DNA from: Muribaculaceae bacterium
Lineage (GTDB): Bacteria; Bacteroidota; Bacteroidia; Bacteroidales; Muribaculaceae
Direction of reading: 5' to 3'
DNA length: 64,000 nt
NCBI GenBank assembly: GCA_051871765.1
Contig: JBJEDF010000051.1
Coordinates: forward strand, 16,466 to 80,465
The translations under genes were made by a program, and so were the position numbers. The notes beneath the pieces are model-generated. The model did not search any database. It was given only the letters and a program-made list of their open reading frames with translations, and was not told where the DNA came from. Shown one piece after another: positions 63,036 through 64,000 of this stretch; position 1 is the first letter of the stretch, and every line of letters begins with the position of its first letter.

Positions 63036-63518
63036 TTATAAATTTAGTATTTCACAGTTTAGTGTTTTTGATAAACGTTTAGCTACAAGTGAGCGGTGAC
63101 AGGCACTCGCAAACTCTTCAACGCAAAAAAACACGATATTTGAGGCTCCGCAATTCGATAATTCATTAGCCAACCCTTCAATGTCAAATGGGTCAAGAAT
63201 ACATTTGATATATTCAGATTTAAAAACCAATCCAAGTTCTTTGCGTTGTTTCTTGGTCTCTCCATTTAATTTGTCAGCATCTTTCTGCTTTTGGCGAATT
63301 ACATTTGTCGGAGCGAGCTCTTTTATATATCGATATTTTATGCCAAGTCCTTCGAGTTTAGCTTGTAAATAGTTGCTATTTACATATTTATACTGAGATC
63401 CTCTAACTCCACGACGTTGCCTGATGTCGCAGAAAAGGTCTATATTATTATCTTGAAGTTTTTTAAAAAAACTTTCTTCTGTTGAGTTGTAAACTCCTAT
63501 CGTGTATATTTTAATCAT
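63036..63518 (-). CDS. DUF488-family protein
   Basis: IYTIG, DIRQRRG, ELAPT and C-terminal FCVEEFASACHRSLVA. Confidence 0.82.
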   Translation of the reverse strand: MIKIYTIGVYNSTEESFFKKLQDNNIDLFCDIRQRRGVRGSQYKYVNSNYLQAKLEGLGIKYRYIKELAPTNVIRQKQKDADKLNGETKKQRKELGLVFKSEYIKCILDPFDIEGLANELSNCGASNIVFFCVEEFASACHRSLVAKRLSKTLNCEILNL

Positions 63519-64000
63519 AATAGCTCAAAGTTTCATCATTTTCTTGTTCTTCCTTTTTGTATGACTTTCTTGATTTAAAATATGGAGGAGTTGCCTCATT
63601 GAATAAATCACCTTCAGGCCAATTACCTTTTCCTCTATCTAATTCAGTCATAATATCAACCTGTGTTTTGGTTTTATTCACAGCAATGATATGCTCCATC
63701 GAAATATCGTCTTGGAAATATAATTCGCGACCGATTAATTTACTTCGATGACATTGTGTAGGGTCTGCCTCACTACACATTACGGCAACTCTACATCCTT
63801 TTTCGTTTGCCTTAACCAGTCTTTTTAATCCTGCCTGAAATTGAGGCATTTCTGCCATTTTCTTATAATCAAAATAACCGTCGGAATCAAAACAACTATC
63901 ATTTAGTGGACGACCACCAATTACATCGCCCATATATAAATAAATAATGCCGTTTTGTTTAAGGAATTCTTCAATCGTACCTTGATTGTATTGAGGTGCC
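63511..64000 (-). CDS. DUF488-family protein (5' end outside window)
   Basis: The frame stays open to the window edge (APQYNQGTIEEFLKQNGIIYLYMGDVIGGRP) and contains MCSEADPTQCHRSKLI. Confidence 0.85.
   Translation of the reverse strand, partial: APQYNQGTIEEFLKQNGIIYLYMGDVIGGRPLNDSCFDSDGYFDYKKMAEMPQFQAGLKRLVKANEKGCRVAVMCSEADPTQCHRSKLIGRELYFQDDISMEHIIAVNKTKTQVDIMTELDRGKGNWPEGDLFNEATPPYFKSRKSYKKEEQENDETLSYYD

Larger units (their letters stand above)
62340..64000. mobile_element. AT-rich, probably horizontally acquired island (continues beyond the window)
   Basis: Abrupt visible switch from GC-rich to AT-rich sequence and codon usage. No integrase or transposase is visible in the window. Confidence 0.6.

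Overview
A 64-kb, mostly GC-rich chromosomal segment from a Bacteroidales bacterium, probably Muribaculaceae-like. The assignment is inferred from TAnnTTTG promoter boxes, T9SS-type C-termini, a lipoprotein TamA/TamB pair and a DUF6377 regulator. Most genes are housekeeping or envelope genes: galK-galM-nucleotidyltransferase, a membrane pyrophosphatase, an ECF sigma operon, ribF, an RND efflux operon with an lpxA paralogue, phoH, topA, an RluA-family gene, pldA, a mannose-1-phosphate guanylyltransferase, an S41 protease, mfd, tamA/tamB, tkt, efp and ald. The strongest candidates for new biology are four: (1) an AT-rich island at the right edge with two coupled DUF488-like CxE-x5-CHR proteins and a dual-OB-like protein, truncated by the window end; (2) a SusR-like regulator followed by one T9SS-secreted CBM20-like/alpha-beta-hydrolase (Ser replaced by Asp)/PHP-phosphoesterase fusion, with no SusC/SusD; (3) an accessory secreted-protein cluster at 32.7-39.9 kb containing two small genes missing from the ORF track, a 27-aa peptide with its own promoter and terminator and a 56-aa lipoprotein; (4) an RND pump with an extra hydrophobic hairpin. 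I saw no tRNA, rRNA, CRISPR array, integrase or transposase. All family calls come from reading motifs by eye; no database searches were run.
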